From: a virus
IMG/VR virus record: IMGVR_UViG_3300022689_000116
Coordinates: 16,710 to 80,709 of that record
Strand: one strand, 5' to 3'
DNA: 64,000 nucleotides
The notes beneath the pieces were generated by a model that saw nothing but the letters and a program-made list of their open reading frames with translations, ran no database searches and was not told the DNA's origin. Of this stretch, positions 46,503-56,106 are shown in pieces; the stretch's first letter is position 1; every line of letters starts with the position of its first letter. Both the position numbers and the translations under genes were made by a program.

Positions 46503-47200
46503 ATAATTTATACAGGAAGATTACAAGTATTGAAGCTTTAATAGATTATATGAATTTTAAAAAATATAATGTTGATGATGATATTAATATTGTCAATATT
46601 CGTTCTAATATAACAAAAGCTGGTGATTTTGATGATCTTCAAATACTTTTTTATAAAGATAAAGATAAGTGGTATTTCATCAAGTTTGAAGTAACTACTG
46701 ACCCAGGGATTTATTATCTTATTAATCCAATGCGTAAATCTGGTGCTGCAATTGTTCTTGAAGGTCAATATTGGAGAGTTTGGAAAATAGGTTTACATAG
46801 AGGTAAATATGAAGCCCTTGTTCAATCTAAACCAATAATTGTTGTACGAGATAATAATAAAGATGCTGTGTTAGATATGCCTGGCGATGATGTGTGGTCT
46901 GTAAAAAATAATATGGATAATAATGATTTAAAACAACTTGTTTATAATGATATAACTACGGGTAAAGATGTTGTGTTAGAAAGAGGTATGTTTGGTATTA
47001 ATTGTCATCGTGCTTCATCTTATAGGATACTTGATAAAATAGGTCGTTATAGTGCTGGTTGTTGTGTTCATAAAGATCCTGTTTTATTTAAACGATTTAT
47101 AGATCATGTTAAAGTTATTGCTGGTAATAGTTCATTTGATGCTACTTGGATTGATGAACGTTCTTTAGATAAATTTTTAATTGATACTTATAAAAAATAA
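46499..47200 (+). CDS. Putative endolysin (YkuD/L,D-peptidase-like His-Cys)
   Basis: TTDPG, G.H.G.Y.AL.Q and GINCHRA...YSAGC. Confidence 0.7.
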   Translation: MNNLYRKITSIEALIDYMNFKKYNVDDDINIVNIRSNITKAGDFDDLQILFYKDKDKWYFIKFEVTTDPGIYYLINPMRKSGAAIVLEGQYWRVWKIGLHRGKYEALVQSKPIIVVRDNNKDAVLDMPGDDVWSVKNNMDNNDLKQLVYNDITTGKDVVLERGMFGINCHRASSYRILDKIGRYSAGCCVHKDPVLFKRFIDHVKVIAGNSSFDATWIDERSLDKFLIDTYKK

Positions 47201-47206
47201 AAAAAA

Positions 47207-47953
47207 ATGAAAAAACTTAATTCTGTTGAAACTGCTTTTGAAAATTTAAAACTTAGTACTGGTAAAGGTGCTAGTGAACATACTGATAAGTATATAAAAG
47301 TAATAAATAATGATAAACGTAAATCAAAAGTATTTCTTGGTGGTACTTGTAATGGTTCTACTTGGAGAGAAGAATTGATTCCTTATCTAGAAGAAGCTAA
47401 GATTAAATACTTTAATCCTGTTCTTGAAGATTGGAATGATAAAGCTAAAGGTGTCGAAGATAAAGAAAAACTTAAATGTGGTATTCATCTTTATGTTATC
47501 ACTCCTGAAATGAAAGGTCTTTATTCTATTGCCGAAGCTGTTGATTCTGCTTATAAAAATCCTAAAGGTACATTTCTTGTTGTAATTGGTGAAACAAATG
47601 ATAAGATTTTCAATAAAGATCAAGTTAACTCTTTAGAGTCTATTTTAAAATTAGTTCGTACTATTTATAATAGATCAGATAGAACCATGTATTTTGATAG
47701 TTTAAATGATGAAAGTTTAAAACTTATTACTGATAGTATTAAAAGTGTTAAAAGAGGTTTTGCTAACAGAGTTATATTTGATGTACAATCTCATCCTATT
47801 TCTTATAGTGGTATTAATGGTATTCAAGATTATGATATTATTAATTTTGGTAAACAAGTTCTCAAAGCTAATAATAAGCTTAAATCTTGTGTTGAGAATG
47901 CAAATGCTATTCGTAAGATTAGTGGTGCTTTATCTGAATTAGATAAGAAATAA
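47207..47953 (+). CDS. Nucleoside 2-deoxyribosyltransferase-like protein
   Basis: VFLGGTCNGSTWRE, YFNPV..DW and G.YSIAEAVDS. Confidence 0.75.
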   Translation: MKKLNSVETAFENLKLSTGKGASEHTDKYIKVINNDKRKSKVFLGGTCNGSTWREELIPYLEEAKIKYFNPVLEDWNDKAKGVEDKEKLKCGIHLYVITPEMKGLYSIAEAVDSAYKNPKGTFLVVIGETNDKIFNKDQVNSLESILKLVRTIYNRSDRTMYFDSLNDESLKLITDSIKSVKRGFANRVIFDVQSHPISYSGINGIQDYDIINFGKQVLKANNKLKSCVENANAIRKISGALSELDKK

Positions 47954-48273
47954 TGGCTAAATCTGGTAAAGTATTTTATACTGTTAAGGATTTTAAGAAT
48001 CCTGAAACACATCCTTTGTATATAGAAAATTATGATAGAAAGGGTGTTAATAGTCCGGCTGTTTGGAATTTTTTAATCAATAAACATGGTATTGACAAAG
48101 TTGCTTTTATGGAGAATGTTAGCCCTAAGATTTTACGTAAACTTATTTATGGTAGTCATGCTAAGTTTATAGAAGTTATGGCTAGGATTAAAAATTTAGA
48201 TAGAATTAGAACTAAACAACAGGAACAAAATGAAAGTAAAAAACAAAATAAACAAAATGAAGCTACAGAGTAA
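47953..48273 (+). CDS. Hypothetical protein
   Basis: 106 aa, translationally coupled. Confidence 0.7.
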   Translation: MAKSGKVFYTVKDFKNPETHPLYIENYDRKGVNSPAVWNFLINKHGIDKVAFMENVSPKILRKLIYGSHAKFIEVMARIKNLDRIRTKQQEQNESKKQNKQNEATE

Positions 48274-49222
48274 AAATAATTTTCATTATCAAAAGATTGA
48301 TGATAATACTACATATAATAAAAGATTACCTTTAAATTATATTGATATTAATGGTATGGTATTAGTTAGAAATCGTGATTGGAATATCAATGGTAATCAT
48401 GGTAAACGTGATTGTTTATCTAGAACTATTTTGGCATATTTAACTTATAATGATGAAAGACTTTTAACAAGTGCTTTGAATTGTGTAAAACCTGTTCGTT
48501 ATAATAATATTATGACTAATGATATAACACATTATCAATTACATCGCTATCCTGTTTCTAAGCAAGATGAAGATTGGCAATGGAATTTTAGTAGAGATCA
48601 TGCTATAATTTTATTATGTGTTTTGGTATTAACTGGTCATGAAGCTGATGCTAAACGAATAGGTAAAAATCTTCGTTCTAGACTTAGTATTAGATTTAAA
48701 AAACTTCCAGTTATTAGTATATGGGTTAAAGGGTTTAATAAAAAACTTCCTATATTATATTTTATTTATATGAGTCCTGGACTTATTTATAGTGCTTTAT
48801 TAAATAAGTTTTTAAGATTTGTCGGTAATATTAAATCTAGTAAAAGTGTTGAAGATTTTCTTGAAAATAGACGTAAACCTAATAAATTCCAAAAGATTTT
48901 GAGTAAAATTATTCAACCTGTTTACGCTAGAGAACTTGTTGCTTGGCAAGTTTATACTTTACGTAAATCTTTTATAAAAAGAATAATGCAGAAGTTAGTT
49001 ATGTTAGATGTTGAAAAGTCTAATTATCTTATTAGGGCATTGTGTGAAGATAAAAACCTTACTGATGATGAAGTAAACTCTTATAAACCAACTACTACTT
49101 ATCGTTGGAGTATGCCTCTTGATTGTACTTGTGATAGAGATTTTCATTTGTTTGATGAAATTAATGATAAAAGTAATGGAATATTAGAACATGATTTATT
49201 GCACAAAATATACTTTAAATAA
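48230..49222 (+). CDS. Hypothetical protein
   Basis: 330 aa with R.P and SRDH motifs. Function unknown. Confidence 0.65.
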   Translation: MKVKNKINKMKLQSKNNFHYQKIDDNTTYNKRLPLNYIDINGMVLVRNRDWNINGNHGKRDCLSRTILAYLTYNDERLLTSALNCVKPVRYNNIMTNDITHYQLHRYPVSKQDEDWQWNFSRDHAIILLCVLVLTGHEADAKRIGKNLRSRLSIRFKKLPVISIWVKGFNKKLPILYFIYMSPGLIYSALLNKFLRFVGNIKSSKSVEDFLENRRKPNKFQKILSKIIQPVYARELVAWQVYTLRKSFIKRIMQKLVMLDVEKSNYLIRALCEDKNLTDDEVNSYKPTTTYRWSMPLDCTCDRDFHLFDEINDKSNGILEHDLLHKIYFK

Positions 49223-49227
49223 ATGTT

Positions 49228-49800
49228 ATGAAAAATATAGTTATACTTATTGTATTACTGGGTTTGATGAATTCTTGTGGAGTTATAAATTGTATATTTA
49301 ATGATTATGAACCTATTACTGAAATAGATTCTGTATTAGTTGAAGTACCTATTTATGTACCTATACCTTCCGGCAGTGATAGTACTTCTACTGATAGTTT
49401 GAAAATGTACGTTCAGAATTTCTCTATTCTACAGGGAATCGTTGATAGTCTTAAAAAACTTAAACCTGATAATAATGCTGTCGTTTATATTCCTAGTAAA
49501 ATAAAAGATGATAGTGTTTATGTTGAAACTGAAATAGCTTATGCCAATGCTTATATTAAAAATAATAAATTAAGCATTGATCTAAATAATAAAAAAGATT
49601 CATTGTTGTATTATTATAATTATTATACTTTTGATTATTTACCATTGTTAAAAAAGTATAATGAACTTGCTGTTAGTTATAATGCTATAAAGAATAAGAA
49701 AGTTACCTTTTGGGATAAAACAAAAGGCTCGTTGATGTGGATGGTTATAGGTTGCGGAATAGGGTTTTTTCTTACACATCGTATCGTAACTAAACAATAG
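49228..49800 (+). CDS. Lipoprotein with C-terminal TM helix (unimolecular spanin candidate)
   Basis: Signal with lipobox ...LLGLMNS-C and C-terminal LMWMVIGCGIGFFL. Confidence 0.65.
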   Translation: MKNIVILIVLLGLMNSCGVINCIFNDYEPITEIDSVLVEVPIYVPIPSGSDSTSTDSLKMYVQNFSILQGIVDSLKKLKPDNNAVVYIPSKIKDDSVYVETEIAYANAYIKNNKLSIDLNNKKDSLLYYYNYYTFDYLPLLKKYNELAVSYNAIKNKKVTFWDKTKGSLMWMVIGCGIGFFLTHRIVTKQ

Positions 49801-49827
49801 TAATACTTTCATACCGTTTGAAAATTT

Positions 49828-49860
49828 AAGTCCGAATAATTCGTTATTTGGACTTTTTTT
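49828..49860 (+). terminator. Intrinsic terminator
   Basis: AAGTCCGAATAA-ttcg-TTATTTGGACTT followed by a T run. Confidence 0.8.
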
Positions 49861-49889
49861 AATACATTTACAAACTAATATATAAAGTT

Positions 49890-50111
49890 ATGATTGTTAA
49901 TAGAATTATAGTATATAAAGATCAACTTAATAAAGAAGTTATTGTTCGTAAAGATATTGATCCTTATGAAATTGTTTCTTTTGAAGAGTTTACAACTGCT
50001 GTAGAAAATCGTAAGGCATTATATGTTTATGCTAAAACACACGAGTTTGTTATTGATAGTGATTTTGATACTTTTAGTAAGGATTTAAAAATGGCTAAAC
50101 TTGTACAATGA
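49890..50111 (+). CDS. Hypothetical protein
   Basis: 73 aa, overlapping the terL start. Confidence 0.7.
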   Translation: MIVNRIIVYKDQLNKEVIVRKDIDPYEIVSFEEFTTAVENRKALYVYAKTHEFVIDSDFDTFSKDLKMAKLVQ

Positions 50112-52318
50112 TGGAAACATTTAAGTTTGAAAAGAATGATACTTTTCATAAATATATACTAGAAGATAAATCTGATTATAAAACTGCTACTGAGGCTGGT
50201 TTTATTGATAAGGATAATATGTTTCTTGTTGGTAAAAGTGGTGGTTTTTTAATGAATATAGATTTTACTTTTATTAATACACATCTTTTTAGCGAAGCTG
50301 CTAGAGATTTTGTTACATTAGGTCGTAAATATATTGATCAAGATGTAGATACTCCTGCTTATACTAAATTTCGTAGACAAGAAGAACATAGAAGAAGATA
50401 TGGTTTAACTAGAAAATGTAAACTTACTAAGGATGGTAAAATTGAAGATTTACATATTACTGGTGAGCATTATAATTTTCTTAATTATGTTGAGATTTAT
50501 AGACTTGATTATGAAAGTATAGAAGGCAGTACTGGTAAAAAGAAATTTGGATTTCCTAGATTATTTGATAGTCAGTTTTGGTATTATAAGTGTAAAGCAT
50601 TTTCTGAAATTAATGGTATGCATATGATTGTAAATAAAACTAGACGTGCTGGTTTTACTTATATGGAAGGTAAAGGTTGTGCTAATGATGTTAATTTAAA
50701 TCCTCGTTCTGTTAGTTTATTGGTTGCATGGGATAAAAAGTATATTACTACTGGTAACACTATTGCTCCTATGGCATTAGATCAGCTTTCTTTTTATGAA
50801 AATTATACTCCTTTTAAACGTGGTATTCTTAGTAGAAATATTGAAGATGTAGAATTAGGTTATAAAAATAAAAATGGTGATAAAGAAGGTTTTCGTAGTC
50901 GTATAGTTTCCGTAAGTACTTTTAATAATCCTGATGCTGCCATTGGTAAAGATGCTCAAAAGATCAAAGTTGAGGAACTTGGTAATATGCCTAATTTTGA
51001 TGCTTTTATGCGACAGACTGAACCTACTACTAGAACTGGTTCTTTTACTACTGGACATATAACTGCTTTTGGAACTGTTAATTCAAATAATGAAACTAAT
51101 GATATATTTGAAAAAAACTTTTATAATCCTAGAGCTTGGAATTTTATGCCTTTTGAGAATGTTTGGGATGTTGATAGTAGAGATAATGTTTGTGGTTTTT
51201 TTAAACCTTTTTGGTGGGGATTAGAAGGTACTGATGAATTTGGTAATTTTGCTATGGATAAAGATGGTAATACTAATTATGAAGTTGCTATGAGAGTTGT
51301 AGAAGATGAAAGAAAGTTTCAATGGGATAATAAGAAAACTTTAAAAGATTACATTGATTATTGTGGTCAATACGCTAACGATCCTTCTGAAGCTTTTAAT
51401 CATGGTAGTTCTAATATGTTTGCATCTAAAGAACTTGACGATCATATATTAGCTGTAAAGAGTCAAGAAGCTTTTAAATTTTACAGGGATGGTTCTATTA
51501 TAAATGAAGATGGAGATTTTAATTTTGTAAGTAATGATAGACTTTATCAACAAGGTAAAGAATTTCATCCGTTTGTAGAAGAATCTAGACTTGATCCTGA
51601 CAAAGATGTTCATGGTTGTTTTAGACAGTTTTATGCTCCTATTAAACCTAGTAAGCAATTACCTGATAATTTATACAGAGTATGGGTTGATTCATTTGCT
51701 GTTGATAAAGATGAGTTTGATGTTAAAAATTCATTTGGTGCAATATATGTTTATCTTAGACTAAACTCTCTTGGTATTCAAGCTGGAGATATGCTTGTTG
51801 GAGTTTATGTTGGTCGTACTAATAAACAAGAAGAATTTGATAAAATAGCTTATAATATAACTAGATATTATAATGCTAAGGTAATGTTTGAAAATGATAG
51901 AGGACAAATACTTCAGGACTTTAGGGCTTGGAAGTGTTTAAACCTTCTTGAAACCGAACCTACTTTCGCATGGGATAAAAATGTTAAGAGTACTGGTTCC
52001 GGTAGAGTGTATGGGGTTAGTATGGGTAGTGGTGGAAGAAAACTTACAGCTCTTTTATTATTTAAAGAATGGCTTTATACTAAGCGTGGTGTTCGTGAAG
52101 ATGGAACCCCTGTTTATAATTTACATTATATATATGACTTGCCTACACTTTTAGAAATAAAAAGATGGAAACCTAAAGGTAACTTTGATAGGCTTTCAGC
52201 TTTGTTAGTAGGTATGTTTGATCTTAAAGAATTATCAATACTTAATAAACCTGCTGGAACTACTAAAACTCGTAATAGAGATTCCGTATTTTCTAGAGAA
52301 TGGTTTACAAATAATTAA
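50108..52318 (+). CDS. terL: Terminase large subunit
   Basis: ITGEHYNFLNY, Walker A KTRRAGFTY, Walker B KVEELG, coupling FGT, and nuclease motifs VDSF, END and NFDR. Confidence 0.93.
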   Translation: MMETFKFEKNDTFHKYILEDKSDYKTATEAGFIDKDNMFLVGKSGGFLMNIDFTFINTHLFSEAARDFVTLGRKYIDQDVDTPAYTKFRRQEEHRRRYGLTRKCKLTKDGKIEDLHITGEHYNFLNYVEIYRLDYESIEGSTGKKKFGFPRLFDSQFWYYKCKAFSEINGMHMIVNKTRRAGFTYMEGKGCANDVNLNPRSVSLLVAWDKKYITTGNTIAPMALDQLSFYENYTPFKRGILSRNIEDVELGYKNKNGDKEGFRSRIVSVSTFNNPDAAIGKDAQKIKVEELGNMPNFDAFMRQTEPTTRTGSFTTGHITAFGTVNSNNETNDIFEKNFYNPRAWNFMPFENVWDVDSRDNVCGFFKPFWWGLEGTDEFGNFAMDKDGNTNYEVAMRVVEDERKFQWDNKKTLKDYIDYCGQYANDPSEAFNHGSSNMFASKELDDHILAVKSQEAFKFYRDGSIINEDGDFNFVSNDRLYQQGKEFHPFVEESRLDPDKDVHGCFRQFYAPIKPSKQLPDNLYRVWVDSFAVDKDEFDVKNSFGAIYVYLRLNSLGIQAGDMLVGVYVGRTNKQEEFDKIAYNITRYYNAKVMFENDRGQILQDFRAWKCLNLLETEPTFAWDKNVKSTGSGRVYGVSMGSGGRKLTALLLFKEWLYTKRGVREDGTPVYNLHYIYDLPTLLEIKRWKPKGNFDRLSALLVGMFDLKELSILNKPAGTTKTRNRDSVFSREWFTNN

Positions 52319-52329
52319 TTAAATAAAAT

Positions 52330-54633
52330 ATGGCTTCTAAATATAGCTTACCTAATCATTTTGAAAGTGATGCTCAAAAGAATAAACCTGATTGGTATAT
52401 TAACGCTTTTGAATATTATTTTGATATAGCTTTATCATCTACTGATTTAAGTTATCTTGAAACTATTAAAAATGCTTTTCATGGAGAACTTAGAAGAGAA
52501 GATTATAATTATGTTCTTAATCCTTTCAATTTTAAAGAAGATCGTTTTAAGAATCTTCCCGGTCGTATTAGAAATTTTGATATAATTAGTCCTGTATGGC
52601 GTAGGTTCATGGGGGAATATACTCAATCACCTAATCAATTTCAAGTTGTCGCAGTTAATCCTGAAAATGAGAATCAGATGTTAGCTGAATTAAATAATAT
52701 GGTTAATACTCAGTTAAGACAAATGGCAGTTAATGCTCTTAATAAAGATGATATTAAAACTGGCATTGATAGTCAAGAGGTTCCAAATCTTAAAGAGAGA
52801 GTTGAAAATTTTAAATCTACTTGGAGAGATAAACGTGCCGCTGTTGATCAAGAAATTTTAGATATCATTAAGTATATGACAAATGATGAAATATTTCGTT
52901 ATAGAACTATTTCTGATTGGATTGTTTATGGTAGATGTTTTAGTTATCGTACAATCCTCAATAATGATATACTTAAAGAGTATGTTCCTGCAGAAGAATA
53001 TTATCCTATAGATAATGGTGAAGAATTTGTTGAAGATCATGATGCTGGAATTCGTGTTAGAAAGATGACTCTTTTTCAAATACTTGAACGTCTTGGTGAT
53101 CGTATGGGTGAAAAAGAAAAGAAAAGACTTAAAGAACTTATTAGTTTATTTAATGATGGTAATACTGCTGTAGATTCTAAAATGCTTTCTTCATTAAATA
53201 ATATTGAATCTTTGTTTAATACTGATTTATTTAGTGAAGGTAAAAGGTATGCTTTTTGTGATACTCAAGGTTTTGCTAATGTTTATCATTTAGTATATAA
53301 AACTTATAAAAAAGTTGGTATTCTTACTTATATAGATGAACTTGGTGTTGAACGTGAGATGGAAGTTTCTCCAGATTATAAACTTAATTATGAACTTGGT
53401 GATATAGAAATGACTAAAGAACATATCCCTGTAGTAAAGGATATGTATCGTATCGGAGATGATGTTTTTGAACTTTATCTTAAACCTGAAGAACTAATTG
53501 TTCAACGTGAAGATTTAAACAATAGACATGAATGTAAATTACCTTATAATGGTAAGATTGGTCTATTTCCTGGATTTCCTAATCATAGCCTTGTTGATGC
53601 TTTACTTCCTTATCAAGTGTTTATAAATATTTTACATTTAGTTAGAGAAAGGGCTATTGCAAAGAATCATGGTAAAATTGCTGTAATCCCTAAAGGTTTA
53701 CTTGGTGCTGATGATATTTCTCAAGAAGAACAAATATATTATATGTTAGCTGATAATAAATTATATGCAGATGATACCGCTGGTAATTTTAGTTTAGCTA
53801 TTCAAGCTGTTAAATCTATTGATCTTTCAGATTATGAATTTATACGATCTTTGAATGATCTTATTAAGGAAACTAAGGAAGCTGCTTATGAAGATGTAGA
53901 TATGAATCGTCAACGTCTTGGACAAACTCAAGCTAGTGATGGTAAATATACTACTCAACAAGCTCTTTTAAGAAGTGCTATGGGTTCTGCTATTATAACT
54001 GAAATGTATAATAAATTTTTAGAAACAGATTATAATTCAGACATTGATCATAGTAAGGTTGCTTTTATTGAAGGAAAGAAAGGTGAATATATTACTTCTG
54101 ACAAACACGTAGCTATGTTTGAAATTGATGGTATATATCATTCTGAAACTAATTATGGTATCTTTGCTAAACATGATCAACTTGAAAAAGAAAAGTTAGA
54201 ACAACTTAAATCTTTTGCTTTTAGTGCTGGACAGAATGGTCAATTAACTCTTGCTGCTGAAGCTGTAGAAGCTAATAATTCTTCTAAGGTTAGAGATATT
54301 ATAAAACGTTTTGAAGATATTATGAAAACTCGTGAAGAAAATATGCAGAAAGCAGAACAAGAAAATAATCTTGCAATAGCTAAAGAAGAAAATGATACGG
54401 AACAAGCTAAATTAAAAAATGCTATGCAGATATCTACTATGAAAGAACAAACCGCAATGGACATTGCTCAACTTGAAGCTCTTGTTGAGGAATTAAAGAT
54501 TGCTTCTAAAGATAAAGCTGTGGCTATTCAAGCTGAAATTGAAAGACGTAGAATAGCTATGGATGATCGTAACAACAGAATGAAGTCTGTTATGAATAGT
54601 AATGTAAATAGTGTAAGTACTCCTACTATATAA
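52330..54633 (+). CDS. Portal protein
   Basis: Follows terL. P.RIRNFDII.P, KLPYNG, PYQ..INI and RQRLG are crAss-type portal motifs. Confidence 0.9.
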   Translation: MASKYSLPNHFESDAQKNKPDWYINAFEYYFDIALSSTDLSYLETIKNAFHGELRREDYNYVLNPFNFKEDRFKNLPGRIRNFDIISPVWRRFMGEYTQSPNQFQVVAVNPENENQMLAELNNMVNTQLRQMAVNALNKDDIKTGIDSQEVPNLKERVENFKSTWRDKRAAVDQEILDIIKYMTNDEIFRYRTISDWIVYGRCFSYRTILNNDILKEYVPAEEYYPIDNGEEFVEDHDAGIRVRKMTLFQILERLGDRMGEKEKKRLKELISLFNDGNTAVDSKMLSSLNNIESLFNTDLFSEGKRYAFCDTQGFANVYHLVYKTYKKVGILTYIDELGVEREMEVSPDYKLNYELGDIEMTKEHIPVVKDMYRIGDDVFELYLKPEELIVQREDLNNRHECKLPYNGKIGLFPGFPNHSLVDALLPYQVFINILHLVRERAIAKNHGKIAVIPKGLLGADDISQEEQIYYMLADNKLYADDTAGNFSLAIQAVKSIDLSDYEFIRSLNDLIKETKEAAYEDVDMNRQRLGQTQASDGKYTTQQALLRSAMGSAIITEMYNKFLETDYNSDIDHSKVAFIEGKKGEYITSDKHVAMFEIDGIYHSETNYGIFAKHDQLEKEKLEQLKSFAFSAGQNGQLTLAAEAVEANNSSKVRDIIKRFEDIMKTREENMQKAEQENNLAIAKEENDTEQAKLKNAMQISTMKEQTAMDIAQLEALVEELKIASKDKAVAIQAEIERRRIAMDDRNNRMKSVMNSNVNSVSTPTI

Positions 54634-54726
54634 AACTTTATATTTATTCATACCTTTATATATGCTATAAATATTTAGAAATAATTATCTAATTTTTGTA
54701 TAATAAATTTTAAAAACTTTAAAGAA

Positions 54727-56079
54727 ATGGTAACCGAAGGAAAAACTAATGCTGATATCTTAGATAATCAAGCTGTAATAGATAATCCTACCGAAGTTGT
54801 AAATGCAGGTGGTGATGAAACACAATTAATACCTTTATTAGAAGGTGTTGAAAATGAAACTTTATCTGAATTAGATGAAGACTCTTTAAAGAGTATTCTC
54901 TCAACTAAAAATGGAGCTTCTTTTGATAAGTCTGGAAATGTTATTGATACTGATGGAAATATTGTAGCTAGTTTTGAAGATTACAAGACTGAGTTAAACG
55001 ATGGTTCCGATGGTTCCGATGGTAGTGTTAATCTTGACGATATTGAAAGTATTGATATTGATGGTACTGAATATTCCATTAATGAAAATGGTGAGGCTGT
55101 AGATGATACTGGTAAGGTTATAAAAACTAGAGATGAAGTTGTAGCTTTACTTGAAGAATTGAACAATGAAGGTGAAGGTGGAGAAACTCCATTAATTGAA
55201 GATATTGCAAAGCTTTCTGGATTTAGTCCTGTTGATGAAGATGGTAAACCCCTAGTATTTGAAGATACTCCTGATGGTATGGCTAAGAGGGAAGTTGCTA
55301 TTGTTAATCAATTTGGTGCAGAACTTGCTCGACAAGAACTTGATACTTTTTTTGAAAATAATCCTGACATTGTTGAGATGTATAATTATAAAAAAATTAA
55401 AGGTTCTTTAGATGGCTTTAAAGATCGTGTTGATTATAATAAGATTACCGTTGAAGCAGATGATGATAATCAGCAAACACAACTTATAGTTAATGCTGAA
55501 ATTCTAAAAGGTAATTCTAAAGAACGTGCAGAGCAAATTGCAAAGTATCTTATTGAAGATGGTAAAGGAAAAGATGAAGCCATTCTTGCTTTAAAGTATT
55601 TAAAAGAAACTCAAGCCAGTAGAGATAGAGATGCTATTGCTGCTAAAGAAGCTAAAGAAAATGAAGAAAGAGCGGCTATTGCTGCAAAACATGAAGAAAT
55701 TGCAAAAACTGTAAAATCTGGAAAACTAAATGGTATAGTTATTCCTGAATATATTAAGTACAAACGTTCTGATGGTTCTATTATGAATGTTACTCGTGAT
55801 TTTATTTACCAATATATGACTAAACCTGTTAAAGATGGTAAGTCACTTTATGATATTGATAAAGAAAAATCAAATACTGAAAGTGAAGTTTTAGATGCTT
55901 ATTTAAAAATCACTGGAAATGATTATTCCTCTATTATTAAAGGAATGGAACGACAATCTAAAGTTGATAAACTTAAAGATATTAAAAATCGTTCAAAACT
56001 TAGCAATAGAATTGTTGTTAAGAAACGTACAACTTCTGGTACACAAGGTGGTGCTAGTAATGAAGAAATTGTTGGTTAA
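54727..56079 (+). CDS. Acidic putative scaffolding protein
   Basis: Very acidic N-terminal half plus a coiled coil, located between portal and capsid genes. Confidence 0.7.
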   Translation: MVTEGKTNADILDNQAVIDNPTEVVNAGGDETQLIPLLEGVENETLSELDEDSLKSILSTKNGASFDKSGNVIDTDGNIVASFEDYKTELNDGSDGSDGSVNLDDIESIDIDGTEYSINENGEAVDDTGKVIKTRDEVVALLEELNNEGEGGETPLIEDIAKLSGFSPVDEDGKPLVFEDTPDGMAKREVAIVNQFGAELARQELDTFFENNPDIVEMYNYKKIKGSLDGFKDRVDYNKITVEADDDNQQTQLIVNAEILKGNSKERAEQIAKYLIEDGKGKDEAILALKYLKETQASRDRDAIAAKEAKENEERAAIAAKHEEIAKTVKSGKLNGIVIPEYIKYKRSDGSIMNVTRDFIYQYMTKPVKDGKSLYDIDKEKSNTESEVLDAYLKITGNDYSSIIKGMERQSKVDKLKDIKNRSKLSNRIVVKKRTTSGTQGGASNEEIVG

Positions 56080-56106
56080 TTTTAAACTTTTAAAAATATA
56101 TTAAAA

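Noticed and set aside
55000-55026. GATGGTTCC tandem repeat
   Set aside because: It encodes a short DGS linker in the acidic scaffold protein and is unremarkable.
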